A stretch of DNA of 64,000 nt from Geopsychrobacteraceae bacterium (GCA_963662315.1 OY759353.1:3200001-3264000); one strand, 5' to 3'; positions 37,884 through 47,613 are shown, counted from the first letter of the stretch. The notes: generated from the sequence alone by a model not told the origin. Program-made: numbers and translations.

Positions 37884-39533
37884 ATGGCGATATGCCCTTA
37901 TTTTGATCATGAAAAAACCTACTGTGATATCGGCGAGGACTATATCTCCCCCTACGATGTCGTTGCCATGTCGCATTATTGTTCCGGGCGCTATCGCGAA
38001 TGTGAACGCTATGACCATCTGAGTTTCCGTCATCCGCAAGTTGTTTATCGGGACGACATAAAAATTCAGACTGTGAGTGAAAGTCAGATCGAATCGAAGC
38101 CTAAACATCAGCCTGTGGCCATGAAATTCAGCAGTAAATGGCCGTTGGCCTATCGCTTGAAATATGCAACGGCTTACAGCCCATTGACGATTCAACAGAG
38201 AGAGGAGACATCTGTCATGCAATCTACTGAAATTAAAAATCGGGGCGTTCAGGTCCTGCTTGCTGGACTGGGGATCAACCTGGCTCTGGGTATTCTTTAT
38301 ACCTGGAGTATCTTTAAAGGAGCTATTGCCGATTCAATTGCCGCAGGTGGACCGGGCAGCTTTACCTGGGATGCCGCCAGTGTCAATGATCCCTATGCGG
38401 TTGCCTGCCTGGCCTTTGCTGCCGCGATGATTTTGGCGGGGAAATGTCAGGACAAGTTTGGTCCCAGGGTTACCTGTATTATTGGTGGCTTACTGGTGGG
38501 GTTGGGATTTGTCTGGATTTCGCAGACGACAAATTACTGGGCCTGGGTCGTTGGTTTTGGTGTTTTTGCCGGTGGCGGAATCGGATTTGGCTATTCCGCT
38601 GCAACACCACCAGCACTCAAATGGTTTTCTCCGACTAAAACTGGGCTGATTGCCGGAATTGTCGTATCCGGTTTTGGTTTGGCATCGGTTTATATTGCAC
38701 CGCTGGCAAAATATCTGCTGACTGAATATGGTTTGCAGCAGGCTATGTTGTTCTTCGGTATTGCCTTTGCTGTAGTGGTTTGTAGTCTGGCACTGCTCAT
38801 CAGTAATCCTCCACAAGGATTTGTTGCCGGTGGTCAGGCAAGTAATATGGCGGCAAAGAAATCCGCCACAGAGGTTGAGCTCACACCAATGCAGTTATTT
38901 AGAAATGGTCGTTTTTATACCCTGTGGCTCTGTTACTTTATTGGGGCCGGTGCCGGACTGATGGTTATTGGCAGTGCCAAAGGGTTAGCCAAAGCATCCA
39001 TGGGGGAAATGGCATTTCTGGTGGTTGTCATTATGTCCGTTGGTAATGCCGCCGGCCGCCTGGTAGCTGGGGTTGTCTCTGACAAAATTGGCCGGGCAAC
39101 AACCTTATGCATGGTGCTGGTGGTTCAGGCTTTACTGATGTTTGCGGCCATCCCGGTGTTGGGAAGTAACCACAGTCACCCTGTGCTGGTCGCCCTGCTG
39201 GTAACGGCAATGGTCTTTAATTACGGTACGAATCTGTCGCTGTTCCCGTCTTTTGCCAAAGATAGCTGGGGGATGAAAAACTTTGGTATGAACTATGGAA
39301 TACTGTTTTCCGCCTGGGGCGTGGGGGCCTTTGTTCTGGTGCGGGTATCAGAAATGTTAAAGGTCAGATCCGGCAGTATGGATTCGTCATTTGTCGTTGC
39401 CGGGGTGCTGTTGTTGGTTGGTGCCATGATGGCCATGTCGTTACGGCCACAAAAAGCAACTGAAAGGGTTGCTGAGCCTGTCGAGGTCTTGGCTGACGAG
39501 GAAGATCTGGCCATGGAGCGTTTACAGGGTTAA
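37884..39533 (+). CDS. OFA-family MFS transporter with a Cys-rich N-terminal extension; alternative start at 38217
   Basis: LGILYTWS, GKCQDKFGPR, GGGIGFGY, KWF...GL..G, GRLVAGVVSDKIGR, G.NYG.LF.AWG; SDs before both ATGs. Confidence 0.88.
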   Translation: MAICPYFDHEKTYCDIGEDYISPYDVVAMSHYCSGRYRECERYDHLSFRHPQVVYRDDIKIQTVSESQIESKPKHQPVAMKFSSKWPLAYRLKYATAYSPLTIQQREETSVMQSTEIKNRGVQVLLAGLGINLALGILYTWSIFKGAIADSIAAGGPGSFTWDAASVNDPYAVACLAFAAAMILAGKCQDKFGPRVTCIIGGLLVGLGFVWISQTTNYWAWVVGFGVFAGGGIGFGYSAATPPALKWFSPTKTGLIAGIVVSGFGLASVYIAPLAKYLLTEYGLQQAMLFFGIAFAVVVCSLALLISNPPQGFVAGGQASNMAAKKSATEVELTPMQLFRNGRFYTLWLCYFIGAGAGLMVIGSAKGLAKASMGEMAFLVVVIMSVGNAAGRLVAGVVSDKIGRATTLCMVLVVQALLMFAAIPVLGSNHSHPVLVALLVTAMVFNYGTNLSLFPSFAKDSWGMKNFGMNYGILFSAWGVGAFVLVRVSEMLKVRSGSMDSSFVVAGVLLLVGAMMAMSLRPQKATERVAEPVEVLADEEDLAMERLQG

Positions 39534-39544
39534 ATACCATTGGC

Positions 39545-39577
39545 ATGAATAGGGTTCACGCGATGAACCCTATTCAT
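39545..39577. terminator. Intergenic 14-bp hairpin (attenuator or mRNA stabiliser)
   Basis: ATGAATAGGGTTCA-cgcga-TGAACCCTATTCAT. Confidence 0.6.
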
Positions 39578-39595
39578 CTTTGAAGGAGAAGACCT

Positions 39596-40174
39596 ATGGC
39601 GATTTCTTTCGCATCAGATAGCCCTGAACGCTTCCCTTGCCTGGGGTTGCTGGCCCTGGCAGCGACTCTGGTTGTTTATGTTTTGAGTCAGATGGACGGT
39701 TGGCAGCCGCCGGTACTGCTTACCGCAGTCGCTTTGATCGTTGGTGGTTGTGTCCAGCTGCTGGTGGGGTTGCGCAGTCAGATGGTCGGTCGGGTACGCT
39801 CGGCTGTAACCTTGTTGCCTCTGGGGATTTTCTGGTTGTCGTTAATCAGTTATCAGGTGTTTCCACGTTTGGGTATAGGACAAACGCCTAACTCAATAAC
39901 AATGTTCTCGTTTCTCAGCTTGTGGGGCCTGTTTATGGCACTTCTCTTCCTTGGCAGTTTTCGACAAAGTCTGGCGGTGCAGGTCCTTTATGGCGCTATG
40001 ATGTTTTCCTTTTTAGCTCTGGCGATGGATAATCTGCGCGACGACCGGGTATTTCTGTTCGTTGGCTGCCTGACTGGGATGGTGGCTTCTGGTGTTGCGG
40101 TTTACATGTTTTTTGCCCAGCTGCTGCAGAGGTGTACGGGGCGTAATATCCTCCCCTTGGGAGAAGAGCGGTAG
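39596..40174 (+). CDS. Divergent SatP/YaaH (GPR1/FUN34) acetate transporter family protein
   Basis: Six TM helices; GGCVQLLVG, G.FWLS, LWGLF, terminal GRNILPLG; AAGGAG SD. Confidence 0.7.
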   Translation: MAISFASDSPERFPCLGLLALAATLVVYVLSQMDGWQPPVLLTAVALIVGGCVQLLVGLRSQMVGRVRSAVTLLPLGIFWLSLISYQVFPRLGIGQTPNSITMFSFLSLWGLFMALLFLGSFRQSLAVQVLYGAMMFSFLALAMDNLRDDRVFLFVGCLTGMVASGVAVYMFFAQLLQRCTGRNILPLGEER

Positions 40175-40255
40175 GTAAAAATATTATTGGACTTGAAATG
40201 AACATGAAATAGCATTAATTTTGAATACAAACACCATTTTATTGGCGGAGAGGTC

Positions 40256-40591
40256 ATGGATTTAGGTCGGCAGATGACACTTTTAGGGCTGATTGCTCTG
40301 GCCTATTATGCGGTATTGCTGGCGACGGGAGTCGTATCTTCCGATGTGATGCCGCAGTTTGCTGTGTCTGCCATCATTTTCCTTTCTTCTGGGCGCCTGA
40401 TGCGCAAAGCGTCATTGGTCAGAATCAAAAAGAAGGAAGATAAGCCTGATAAACCAAAACCGCGCAAGGAGCCGGATTGGGCGCTGTACACTCAGGTGCT
40501 GAACTGGGTCATGGCAATTGGTATTATCTCGGTGCTTGGTATTTGGGTTCTTAAGCCGGTGGGGGTGCCTTTCACAGCGCTAATGCCCTAG
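40256..40591 (+). CDS. Hypothetical small membrane protein
   Basis: Three hydrophobic segments and a Lys/Pro-rich loop; GGAGAGG SD. Confidence 0.7.
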   Translation: MDLGRQMTLLGLIALAYYAVLLATGVVSSDVMPQFAVSAIIFLSSGRLMRKASLVRIKKKEDKPDKPKPRKEPDWALYTQVLNWVMAIGIISVLGIWVLKPVGVPFTALMP

Positions 40592-40592
40592 T

Positions 40593-40980
40593 TTCTGCCC
40601 GGAAACCGCCCTTTTCCTCAATCTCTGCGTCAATCTGCGCATTCGTTTGTGCGGCGTAAAGTACTACGCCTCCGCACGAATCCTTGATTTCCTTGACCTT
40701 GAGAAAAATTGCTGGTTTCCGAATCAGAAACGATTCAGAGGAGCTTCTCTGATTCTGCCCGGAAACCGCCCTTTTCCTCAATCTCTGCGTCAATCTGCGC
40801 ATTCGTTTGTGCGGCGTAAAGTACTACGCCTCCGCACGAATCCTTGATTTCCTTGACCTTGAGAAAAATTGCTGGTTTCCGAATCAGAAACGATTCAGAG
40901 GAACTTCTCTGTTTCTGCCCTGAAAGCGCTCTTCCACCTTCTCTGCGTCAACCTGTGTATTCGCTTGAGCGGCTTAAAGC
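40593..40980. repeat. Tandem array of a 160-bp palindromic (REP/MITE-like) element: two near-identical units plus a degenerate partial third
   Basis: Units start at 40593, 40753 and 40913; units 1 and 2 differ at 2 of 160 positions; each folds around GGCGTA-aagtac-TACGCC. Confidence 0.92.
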
Positions 40981-40992
40981 CTGGCTTCTGAA

Positions 40993-42351
40993 CTAGATTT
41001 TATCCTTTCGTAGTCCGTATTTTTTCATCTTGCGATAAATCGTGGCCATATTCATATTGGCTCTTTTGGCGGCTTCTTCCACATTGCCGGATGCCGAAGA
41101 CAGTAACTGTTTCAGGTAGTCAATTTCAAAGCGCGCCAAAGCCTGGTTGTAATCTTCACTGCTATCGACTGACAGGTCTGTTTCAATGAACTGGGCTAGG
41201 GTTTCAAGGCTGATCTGAGGGGCTGTTTCAATAGTGATACAGGCTTCAATAACGTTTTTCAGTTGGCGGATATTGCCTGGCCACGAATATTCTGTGGCGG
41301 CTAGCTGGGCCTCTGCGGACAGCCCTTTAATTTCGGTTTTGAACTTTTTGTTCTGCAGGGCGATAAAGTGGGCGGCCAGTAATGGAATATCCGTTTTGCG
41401 TTGCCGCAAAGCGGGTAGATGAAGGTTGATGACATTGAGACGGTAAAAGAAATCTTCGCGAAACGCGCCACTTTGTACCTCGAATTCCAGGTCGGAATTG
41501 GTTGCAGAGATCAGGCGCACATCAACCCGGGTTGGTGTGGTATCGCCAATGCGACGAAATTCCTGTTCCTGCAAAAAGCGCAGCAGGGTTTTCTGCAGCG
41601 CAAGGGGAACGTTGCCAATTTCATCGAGAAACAGTGTGCCTCCGTCTGCTGCCTTGAGCAATCCTTCCTTGTCAGTATCGGCGCCTGTAAAAGCCCCCTT
41701 TTTATGACCAAACAGTTCGCTTTCCAATACTGAGTCAGGTATGGCACCACAGTTGATGGCGATAAAGGGTCTTTCCCTCCGCGGCGAATTGTAGTGGATC
41801 GCCTGAGCAATCAGTTCTTTTCCGGTACCTGATTCGCCGGTTATAAGAACAGATGTATCTCTGACGGCAACTTTTTTCACCTTGTCCAGGAGTTGCTGCA
41901 GGATTGTTGAGGCCCCGATAATCGTGTCAAAATTGAATTGACCGGCGAGTTTTTCTTTTAACTGCTTATTTTCTGTTTTCAGTTCATTATGATTCAAGGC
42001 GTTGCGTACCCGGTACAACAGTTCATCAGGCTCGAATGGTTTGGTTAACATGTCGTAGGCCCCTTTGCGCAGGGCCTGGATCGACATGTCGACGGTGGCA
42101 AATGCGGTAATCATTATCACCGGTATGCCTGGTTCACTGTTTTTAATCTGTTGCAGGACCTCTAGCCCGTCGATCCCCGGCATCTTGATGTCGCTGATAA
42201 CCAGATCCCAGATTCCAGGGCGAAACAGTTCGACAGCTTCAACCGGATTGGTGAATGTTCGTACGGCGTGCCCCTCGTCCATCAGCACTGCGGACATCAT
42301 GCGGCACAGTCCTTCTTCGTTATCAATGACCAGAATTTTTTTTGCCGACAT
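40993..42351 (-). CDS. NtrC-family sigma54-dependent response regulator
   Basis: Receiver (SDIKMP), GESGTGKE, GAFTGA, WPGNIRQL, HTH. Confidence 0.93.
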   Translation of the reverse strand: MSAKKILVIDNEEGLCRMMSAVLMDEGHAVRTFTNPVEAVELFRPGIWDLVISDIKMPGIDGLEVLQQIKNSEPGIPVIMITAFATVDMSIQALRKGAYDMLTKPFEPDELLYRVRNALNHNELKTENKQLKEKLAGQFNFDTIIGASTILQQLLDKVKKVAVRDTSVLITGESGTGKELIAQAIHYNSPRRERPFIAINCGAIPDSVLESELFGHKKGAFTGADTDKEGLLKAADGGTLFLDEIGNVPLALQKTLLRFLQEQEFRRIGDTTPTRVDVRLISATNSDLEFEVQSGAFREDFFYRLNVINLHLPALRQRKTDIPLLAAHFIALQNKKFKTEIKGLSAEAQLAATEYSWPGNIRQLKNVIEACITIETAPQISLETLAQFIETDLSVDSSEDYNQALARFEIDYLKQLLSSASGNVEEAAKRANMNMATIYRKMKKYGLRKDKI

Positions 42352-44309
42352 CAGTACTCTTCCCGTTCCAAAGGCAGTTGAATAATTACAGTCGTGCCTT
42401 GCCCCTTAACAGACTCAATATGGATTTCACCCTGGTGCATATCGATAATCTGTTTGGTAATTGCCAGTCCCAGCCCGGTGCCGCGGGCTTTGGTGGTGAA
42501 AAATGGTTCGAAGATTTTCTCCATGTTCTTTTCGTCGATTCCGGCCCCTGTGTCGCTAATTTCAATGCGCAGATAATGACCGTCCGGGCAACTGGTTCTG
42601 ACCCGAATCTCTCCGCCGTCAGGAGTTGCTGAACCGGCATTCAACAGCAGGTTGATAGCGACCTGACGCAACTGGTCGCCATCCGCCATGATGAGCGGCA
42701 AGTCGCAGGCCAGGTTTTGGATTATGGCAACATGGTAAAGATCGGTGTGGTTGCTGGCAAAATCGATAATCTGGCGTAACAGCTTATTGATATCAGTACT
42801 TTCCAGCGCTGGTTTGGGAGTGCGGGCATAGCTGAGCAGGTCCTGGACGATTTTTTTGCAGCGCTTGCTTTCGCGTTTAATCTCATGAATATAGCCGTAG
42901 TTGGGATCTTCTTCGGGAATCTTTTTTTCGAGATAGCCTGCGTAACCAAGAATAACCCCGAGCGGATTATTGATTTCATGGGCTACCCCGGAAGATAACA
43001 CCCCGAGCGAGGCCATTTTCCCCTGTTGTGCGAGGACGGCCTCCATCTCTTTGTTTTTGCGCAGCATGCGCGTCATGCGATTAAAAGAGAGGGCAAGTTC
43101 ACCTAATTCATCGCGGCTTTCAACAGGCATCTGCTCATCGAGACGCCCTTGCTTGACCTTGCGGATGACCCCGATCATGTTGTGGATTGGTTCTGTCAGC
43201 ATGCGTGCGGCCAGATAAACCAGAACCGCAGTTAACAGGCCAATGATCAGGGGAAGAAGCAGAACATAAATAATAATGCGTGACTTCAGGGTATTGGCAG
43301 GGCGATAAAATTCATCTTCATAACTGCTGACCGCGACGATCCAGTCCCAAGGCTCAAAATAACGATAGCGAACGATTTTCATCCTGGCCTGGGTTTCGCC
43401 CTTGTTGAGCCATGGGTAACGGATCCAGCCATCCTTTTTATCGATCATTTCCGCAATAAAGGCGCGCCCTTCATTGTCCGTCTCGTTAATCAGGTTTTCG
43501 CCTTCTGAGTCGGGATGAATGGTGAGGGTGCCATCGCTGGCAAGGCAGTAGATGTAGCCGGTACTGCCAACCTTTTTACTTTTAATCTGGCTAGCCAATG
43601 TAGCCAGTGACTTTTGCTCAAAGACCGGATCATCGTACGTTTCATCCAGATAACCACCTGCAGCTATGATCCAGTCCCATTTGGGACAATAGCGAAAGGC
43701 GACAATTTTATTACGATAATGGTCATCGCCGAGTTGCAGGTTGCGCCATGGATAAATGGTATAGAGGACCTCTCCGGGATCAGCCGCCAGGGCGCGCTCG
43801 ACCATCTCGCGTATAAAGTAACGCCCCTGCTCATCCTGATAATCGATAATATTGTGATCCTCAAGGGCCGGATGAACAATCAATTGACCGCTGCTATCAA
43901 GTGCAAACAGGTAGCCACTGCTGCCGATACTGACTTCTTTAAAGCTGTTTCTGGTTGCTTGAAGGGCGTTATCAAAGTCAATGATGCCTTTTTTAAGGTG
44001 TTCCTGCTGCTGGTTGATAAGGTTATAGGCGAGATTGACCAGGGACTTCATCTCCTGCTGGACAATTTTCTTCTTATCCTCGCGATAGACCTGGAATTGG
44101 CGGTGATGGCCATCGAGCAGGTCAAGAGTGAAACTGGCCATATGGTCAAGATCGGCCTTGCTGGCGGCAGTGAGTCCCTCATAAGCTTTATCGGTTGCAA
44201 TATAGCCGATCAGGGCACCAAGCAAAAAGATGGGAATGACGACAAGTGGCAGAATAACCACCAGCATTTTAGAGCGGATTTTGAGGTTCTGCAATAATGC
44301 CAGTTTCAT
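42351..44309 (-). CDS. Sensor histidine kinase with Cache domains and HAMP
   Basis: TM, two Cache-like units (SSGYLFALD..HP, STGYIYCL..HP), TM, HAMP, AHEINNPL, FFTTK, GTGLGL; 1-nt overlap with the response regulator. Confidence 0.92.
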   Translation of the reverse strand: MKLALLQNLKIRSKMLVVILPLVVIPIFLLGALIGYIATDKAYEGLTAASKADLDHMASFTLDLLDGHHRQFQVYREDKKKIVQQEMKSLVNLAYNLINQQQEHLKKGIIDFDNALQATRNSFKEVSIGSSGYLFALDSSGQLIVHPALEDHNIIDYQDEQGRYFIREMVERALAADPGEVLYTIYPWRNLQLGDDHYRNKIVAFRYCPKWDWIIAAGGYLDETYDDPVFEQKSLATLASQIKSKKVGSTGYIYCLASDGTLTIHPDSEGENLINETDNEGRAFIAEMIDKKDGWIRYPWLNKGETQARMKIVRYRYFEPWDWIVAVSSYEDEFYRPANTLKSRIIIYVLLLPLIIGLLTAVLVYLAARMLTEPIHNMIGVIRKVKQGRLDEQMPVESRDELGELALSFNRMTRMLRKNKEMEAVLAQQGKMASLGVLSSGVAHEINNPLGVILGYAGYLEKKIPEEDPNYGYIHEIKRESKRCKKIVQDLLSYARTPKPALESTDINKLLRQIIDFASNHTDLYHVAIIQNLACDLPLIMADGDQLRQVAINLLLNAGSATPDGGEIRVRTSCPDGHYLRIEISDTGAGIDEKNMEKIFEPFFTTKARGTGLGLAITKQIIDMHQGEIHIESVKGQGTTVIIQLPLEREEY

Positions 44310-44533
44310 TAATTGCCCTCGATCTGATGAATGGGTTTCTATTTTATAACACGGGTTTATTTTTAAAGAAAGAAGGGACTGCGCGCTTTTGATACAAGGT
44401 GCGGGAAGAATGGTTTAAGAAAAATATGGGCAGCTGGCAACGTCACTGGCAGCGCATCATTTAAGGCGTGGCCCACTGAATTTTGGATGTGAAAAGATAT
44501 GGTCCGTCTCTTCAAACCGTGAAAGTAGATTCA

Positions 44534-44893
44534 TCAGGGCTGCAGATGATTTTCACTGCCATACTTTAGTTCGCAGTACTCCAGGCGTGACAGGTAGAGA
44601 TCGAGAAGTAATTCATTGGCGCGTTCGATCATGTGGTCATTGTGCTTCTGAAAAACTTTCTCGAAATTATGCTGAATCTGAGCGAATTGCTCTTCACTTA
44701 AATCGGATGGCAAATGAATGGTCATCTCCGGTGGTTCTCCGGAAAAATGCTTTTCCAGCATTTTTTCGACTTCAGCTTTCAGGCATTGGATTACCCGTGG
44801 GTTGAGATGAGATAAATTTGCTGAGACCGCTTCGTTGACAATGTCTTTGATCGATCTTTTTTCTTTTGAAAATGGCAAAATTTTTGCTGACAT
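44534..44893 (-). CDS. Hypothetical protein
   Basis: 119-aa ORF occupying the intergenic space; no family recognised. Confidence 0.65.
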   Translation of the reverse strand: MSAKILPFSKEKRSIKDIVNEAVSANLSHLNPRVIQCLKAEVEKMLEKHFSGEPPEMTIHLPSDLSEEQFAQIQHNFEKVFQKHNDHMIERANELLLDLYLSRLEYCELKYGSENHLQP

Positions 44894-44986
44894 AACCTAT
44901 CCAGACAGATTTGAGGCATAGAATTTCATTTACGCGATATGGTTACAGGATAAAGGATAGCGGGGCCAAGATCATAGGGGGGGAAG

Positions 44987-45022
44987 AAAAAAAAGTGCCA
45001 CTTCGCGAATAAGTGGCACTTT
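44987..45022 (-). terminator. Rho-independent terminator (minus strand)
   Basis: AAAGTGCCACTT / AAGTGGCACTTT stem with an adjacent A-run (U-tract on minus strand). Confidence 0.75.
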
Positions 45023-45085
45023 CAAGAAACAGAAAAATTTCAATTGATCGACAGATTGAGGGCGAAGAGGGTTTCCGGACAAAAA

Positions 45086-45832
45086 CTAGAAGCGTACCAT
45101 GACACCGGCAAACGGCCCGGTGATTTTAGCGTCAACGTAGAGTTCGTCTTCATCAATGGTCAGGTCAAAGTAGCGATACCCGGCATAAATTCCGACCATG
45201 GGGATGGGAGAAAATTCCACCTGGGCTTCGGCGTCAAGGAAATGGTTACCGGAAAATTCCATGTAACCAACGCGACCGGCAACCCCAAGGTAGTCGGCCA
45301 GGGCAACGCGGGCACGGGCCCCGATGGTAGGAATTGGTGCCAGAACCGACTCAGACTCAGATTGTCCCGAGGTTGATTCTTTTATGGTGAAATCTGCATC
45401 AGCAACCTTTATCGCAACTTCAAGACCGAATTGAAAACGGGTTGGCAGGTCATCAAAGTTGAGCAGATAATAGGTGTATCCAATGTCATAAAGGTCTATC
45501 GTCAGGTTGCTTTTAACATCGCCACTAAAGGTTTCACCGTTCAACGTGATCGGATCAAAAAGGGAACCGGTTCCAGAAAAGTCGAGGGGCAGATAATTGA
45601 GAGACAACCGGGAATTCCCCCAGGACAGAGCAATTTCACCGCTAAAGTCTTCACTGTCATCTAACTTCAGGTCATCACCGATATCTGCCTTGCCGACTGT
45701 GCCACCAATTGTCCCTTCCGGTGACAATAGCTGGTAGCCAGCTTTGATGGATAACAGTTCATCCGCATAAAGTTGTCCGGCACAGAGCAGAATTGCTGCG
45801 ATAATCCAAAAAACTTTCCATTTTTTAGCCAT
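45086..45832 (-). CDS. Outer-membrane beta-barrel protein (TIGR04219-like)
   Basis: Signal peptide, alternating beta-strand pattern, YAGYRY, C-terminal GPFAGVMVRF. Confidence 0.75.
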   Translation of the reverse strand: MAKKWKVFWIIAAILLCAGQLYADELLSIKAGYQLLSPEGTIGGTVGKADIGDDLKLDDSEDFSGEIALSWGNSRLSLNYLPLDFSGTGSLFDPITLNGETFSGDVKSNLTIDLYDIGYTYYLLNFDDLPTRFQFGLEVAIKVADADFTIKESTSGQSESESVLAPIPTIGARARVALADYLGVAGRVGYMEFSGNHFLDAEAQVEFSPIPMVGIYAGYRYFDLTIDEDELYVDAKITGPFAGVMVRF

Positions 45833-46074
45833 ATGAAGCTCCTTCTGACCAATCTTTGTTAGAGTTAAATAAAACACTCGCATGACGGAATACGGGTGTC
45901 AGCTAACAGGTTGTGAAGTTTTGTTGCGTGGCGGGTACTCTGGTTGCTCTTGGGAAGCGACTATAATACACTAACATTAAAAATACTTAAATAGTGTTTG
46001 TGCTCAGGCGGACAGGATCGATTACTCTCAAAATAACATAATATTCAGCGGCTTGACCCTTGTGGAGGAGGTAA

Positions 46075-47562
46075 ATGAAAATGAAGAAAATTTTGTTTAC
46101 AGTATTGTTCTTGTCTTTATTGCCCGGGATGGCTCTTGCTTTGGATACTTATTTCGCGTCCCCGCGGGCTATGGGAATGGGTGGTGCGAATGTCGCTTCG
46201 GTCAAAGATACCAGTGCCCAGTATTACAATCCCGCGGCTTTCGGTTTTATGGGGGAACCGGAGAATGACGATGCCGATAAATATGGTGTCGATATAACTG
46301 CTGCCGGTGGTTATCAACTGCACAGTGATTTTGCCCAGTATGTTGATGAGCTCAATGATATTGATCTTGATGCCCTGGAAGATGGTATCGACAATGAGCA
46401 GGAGTTGCAGGATCTGACCAGGTTGGCTAAAGCGTTGGCCGCTGTCGATGAGGGGAAAACAGGGATTTCAGCCCAGGGTAGCGCCGGTGTCGGAATCCGG
46501 GCGGGCAGATTTGCCATCGGGATGCGTTCCTACGGTGCTGCAGCCGGGCGCGTTACCAATGTTGACACGGTTAACCTTGGGCTGAATACGGATATCGCGG
46601 CAGTAAACACTGAAATTGAGTCCATTGCTATCGATGGTTACGATACGGCGACTTATGAGGTAACGCTATTAAGTGCAGAGCAGGTCACTGCCCTGCGAGA
46701 TGCCAATTTTTCTGACGAGGCGATAAAGCGCATCGACTATGTTGCTGCTGATCAGGACATCTCTTCTGGTGAATTGGCCGGTGTCGTTGAAATTCTTGCC
46801 GATGTTGCTGCCGGCAGTAGTGCTGATCCGGGCAGTACAACAAATTTGTCTGATAACACCACGACCATCACAATGGACGGTCTCAATATTGTTGAAGTCC
46901 CGATCAGTTATGGCTACAAAGTGACTCCCAACATTGCTGTCGGCGGCAACTTCAAGGTCATGCGTGGTCGGGTTTATAAAAACCAGGTATCTATTTTTGA
47001 TGAGGATACTGCTGATGCCTTTGAGAAGACTGATAAATATTACGAAGAGACAACCACCTTCGGTATCGATCTCGGGGTAATGGCCCACTACGGAGATTTT
47101 TCCTTCGGTCTGGTCGGGCGTAATCTGAACTCACCCAAATTTGATGGTTTCTACAAGCGGATTCTGCTGGACAATGGTGACACCACAATTCTGGATGCAG
47201 ATAAGGTCACTCTTGATCCTCAGGTGACTGCAGGGGTTGCCTGGATGCCGCTTGAAACGTTGACCGTGGAAGCGAATGTGGATCTTCTGGAAAGTGAAAC
47301 TATTTTTCCAGGGTATGACAACCAGAATGTTTCCCTGGGGATTGAATGGGACGCCTATCACATTGTTGCGTTGCGCCTGGGGGCCTATAAAAACCTGGCC
47401 AACAGTGATGTCGACCTGGTTTACACTGCTGGCCTGGGCCTGAAACTGTGGCTGGCACGACTGGACATTGCCGGTGCTTACACCACAGACTCTTATACCT
47501 ATGACGGAGATGATGTCCCGCAGGAAGCTAAAATCGCAGCTGCTCTCAGTGTGAATTTCTGA
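46075..47562 (+). CDS. TraF_2-like outer-membrane protein
   Basis: Signal peptide, RAMGMGGA.VA, YYNPA, GRNLNSPKF, LRLGAYKNLA, C-terminal Phe; GGAGG SD. Confidence 0.75.
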   Translation: MKMKKILFTVLFLSLLPGMALALDTYFASPRAMGMGGANVASVKDTSAQYYNPAAFGFMGEPENDDADKYGVDITAAGGYQLHSDFAQYVDELNDIDLDALEDGIDNEQELQDLTRLAKALAAVDEGKTGISAQGSAGVGIRAGRFAIGMRSYGAAAGRVTNVDTVNLGLNTDIAAVNTEIESIAIDGYDTATYEVTLLSAEQVTALRDANFSDEAIKRIDYVAADQDISSGELAGVVEILADVAAGSSADPGSTTNLSDNTTTITMDGLNIVEVPISYGYKVTPNIAVGGNFKVMRGRVYKNQVSIFDEDTADAFEKTDKYYEETTTFGIDLGVMAHYGDFSFGLVGRNLNSPKFDGFYKRILLDNGDTTILDADKVTLDPQVTAGVAWMPLETLTVEANVDLLESETIFPGYDNQNVSLGIEWDAYHIVALRLGAYKNLANSDVDLVYTAGLGLKLWLARLDIAGAYTTDSYTYDGDDVPQEAKIAAALSVNF

Positions 47563-47572
47563 TCAGGAGGAT

Positions 47573-47605
47573 GTGCGGGACAGTTGGCTTGGCACTGTCC
47601 CGCAC
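47573..47605. terminator. Hairpin between convergent genes
   Basis: GTGCGGGACAGT / ACTGTCCCGCAC 12-bp stem. Confidence 0.7.
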
Positions 47606-47613
47606 GCGAAAAA

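Noticed and set aside
40572..40847. Short ORFs inside the repeat (76 aa and 66 aa)
   Set aside because: They are by-products of the repeat sequence, with no clear SD or protein-like features
40593..40980. CRISPR array interpretation of the tandem repeat
   Set aside because: Units are 160 bp, the linkers are nearly identical rather than unique spacers, and no cas genes are present
46075..47562. Conjugative element suggested by TraF
   Set aside because: No other tra, relaxase or integrase genes; the flanks are housekeeping genes
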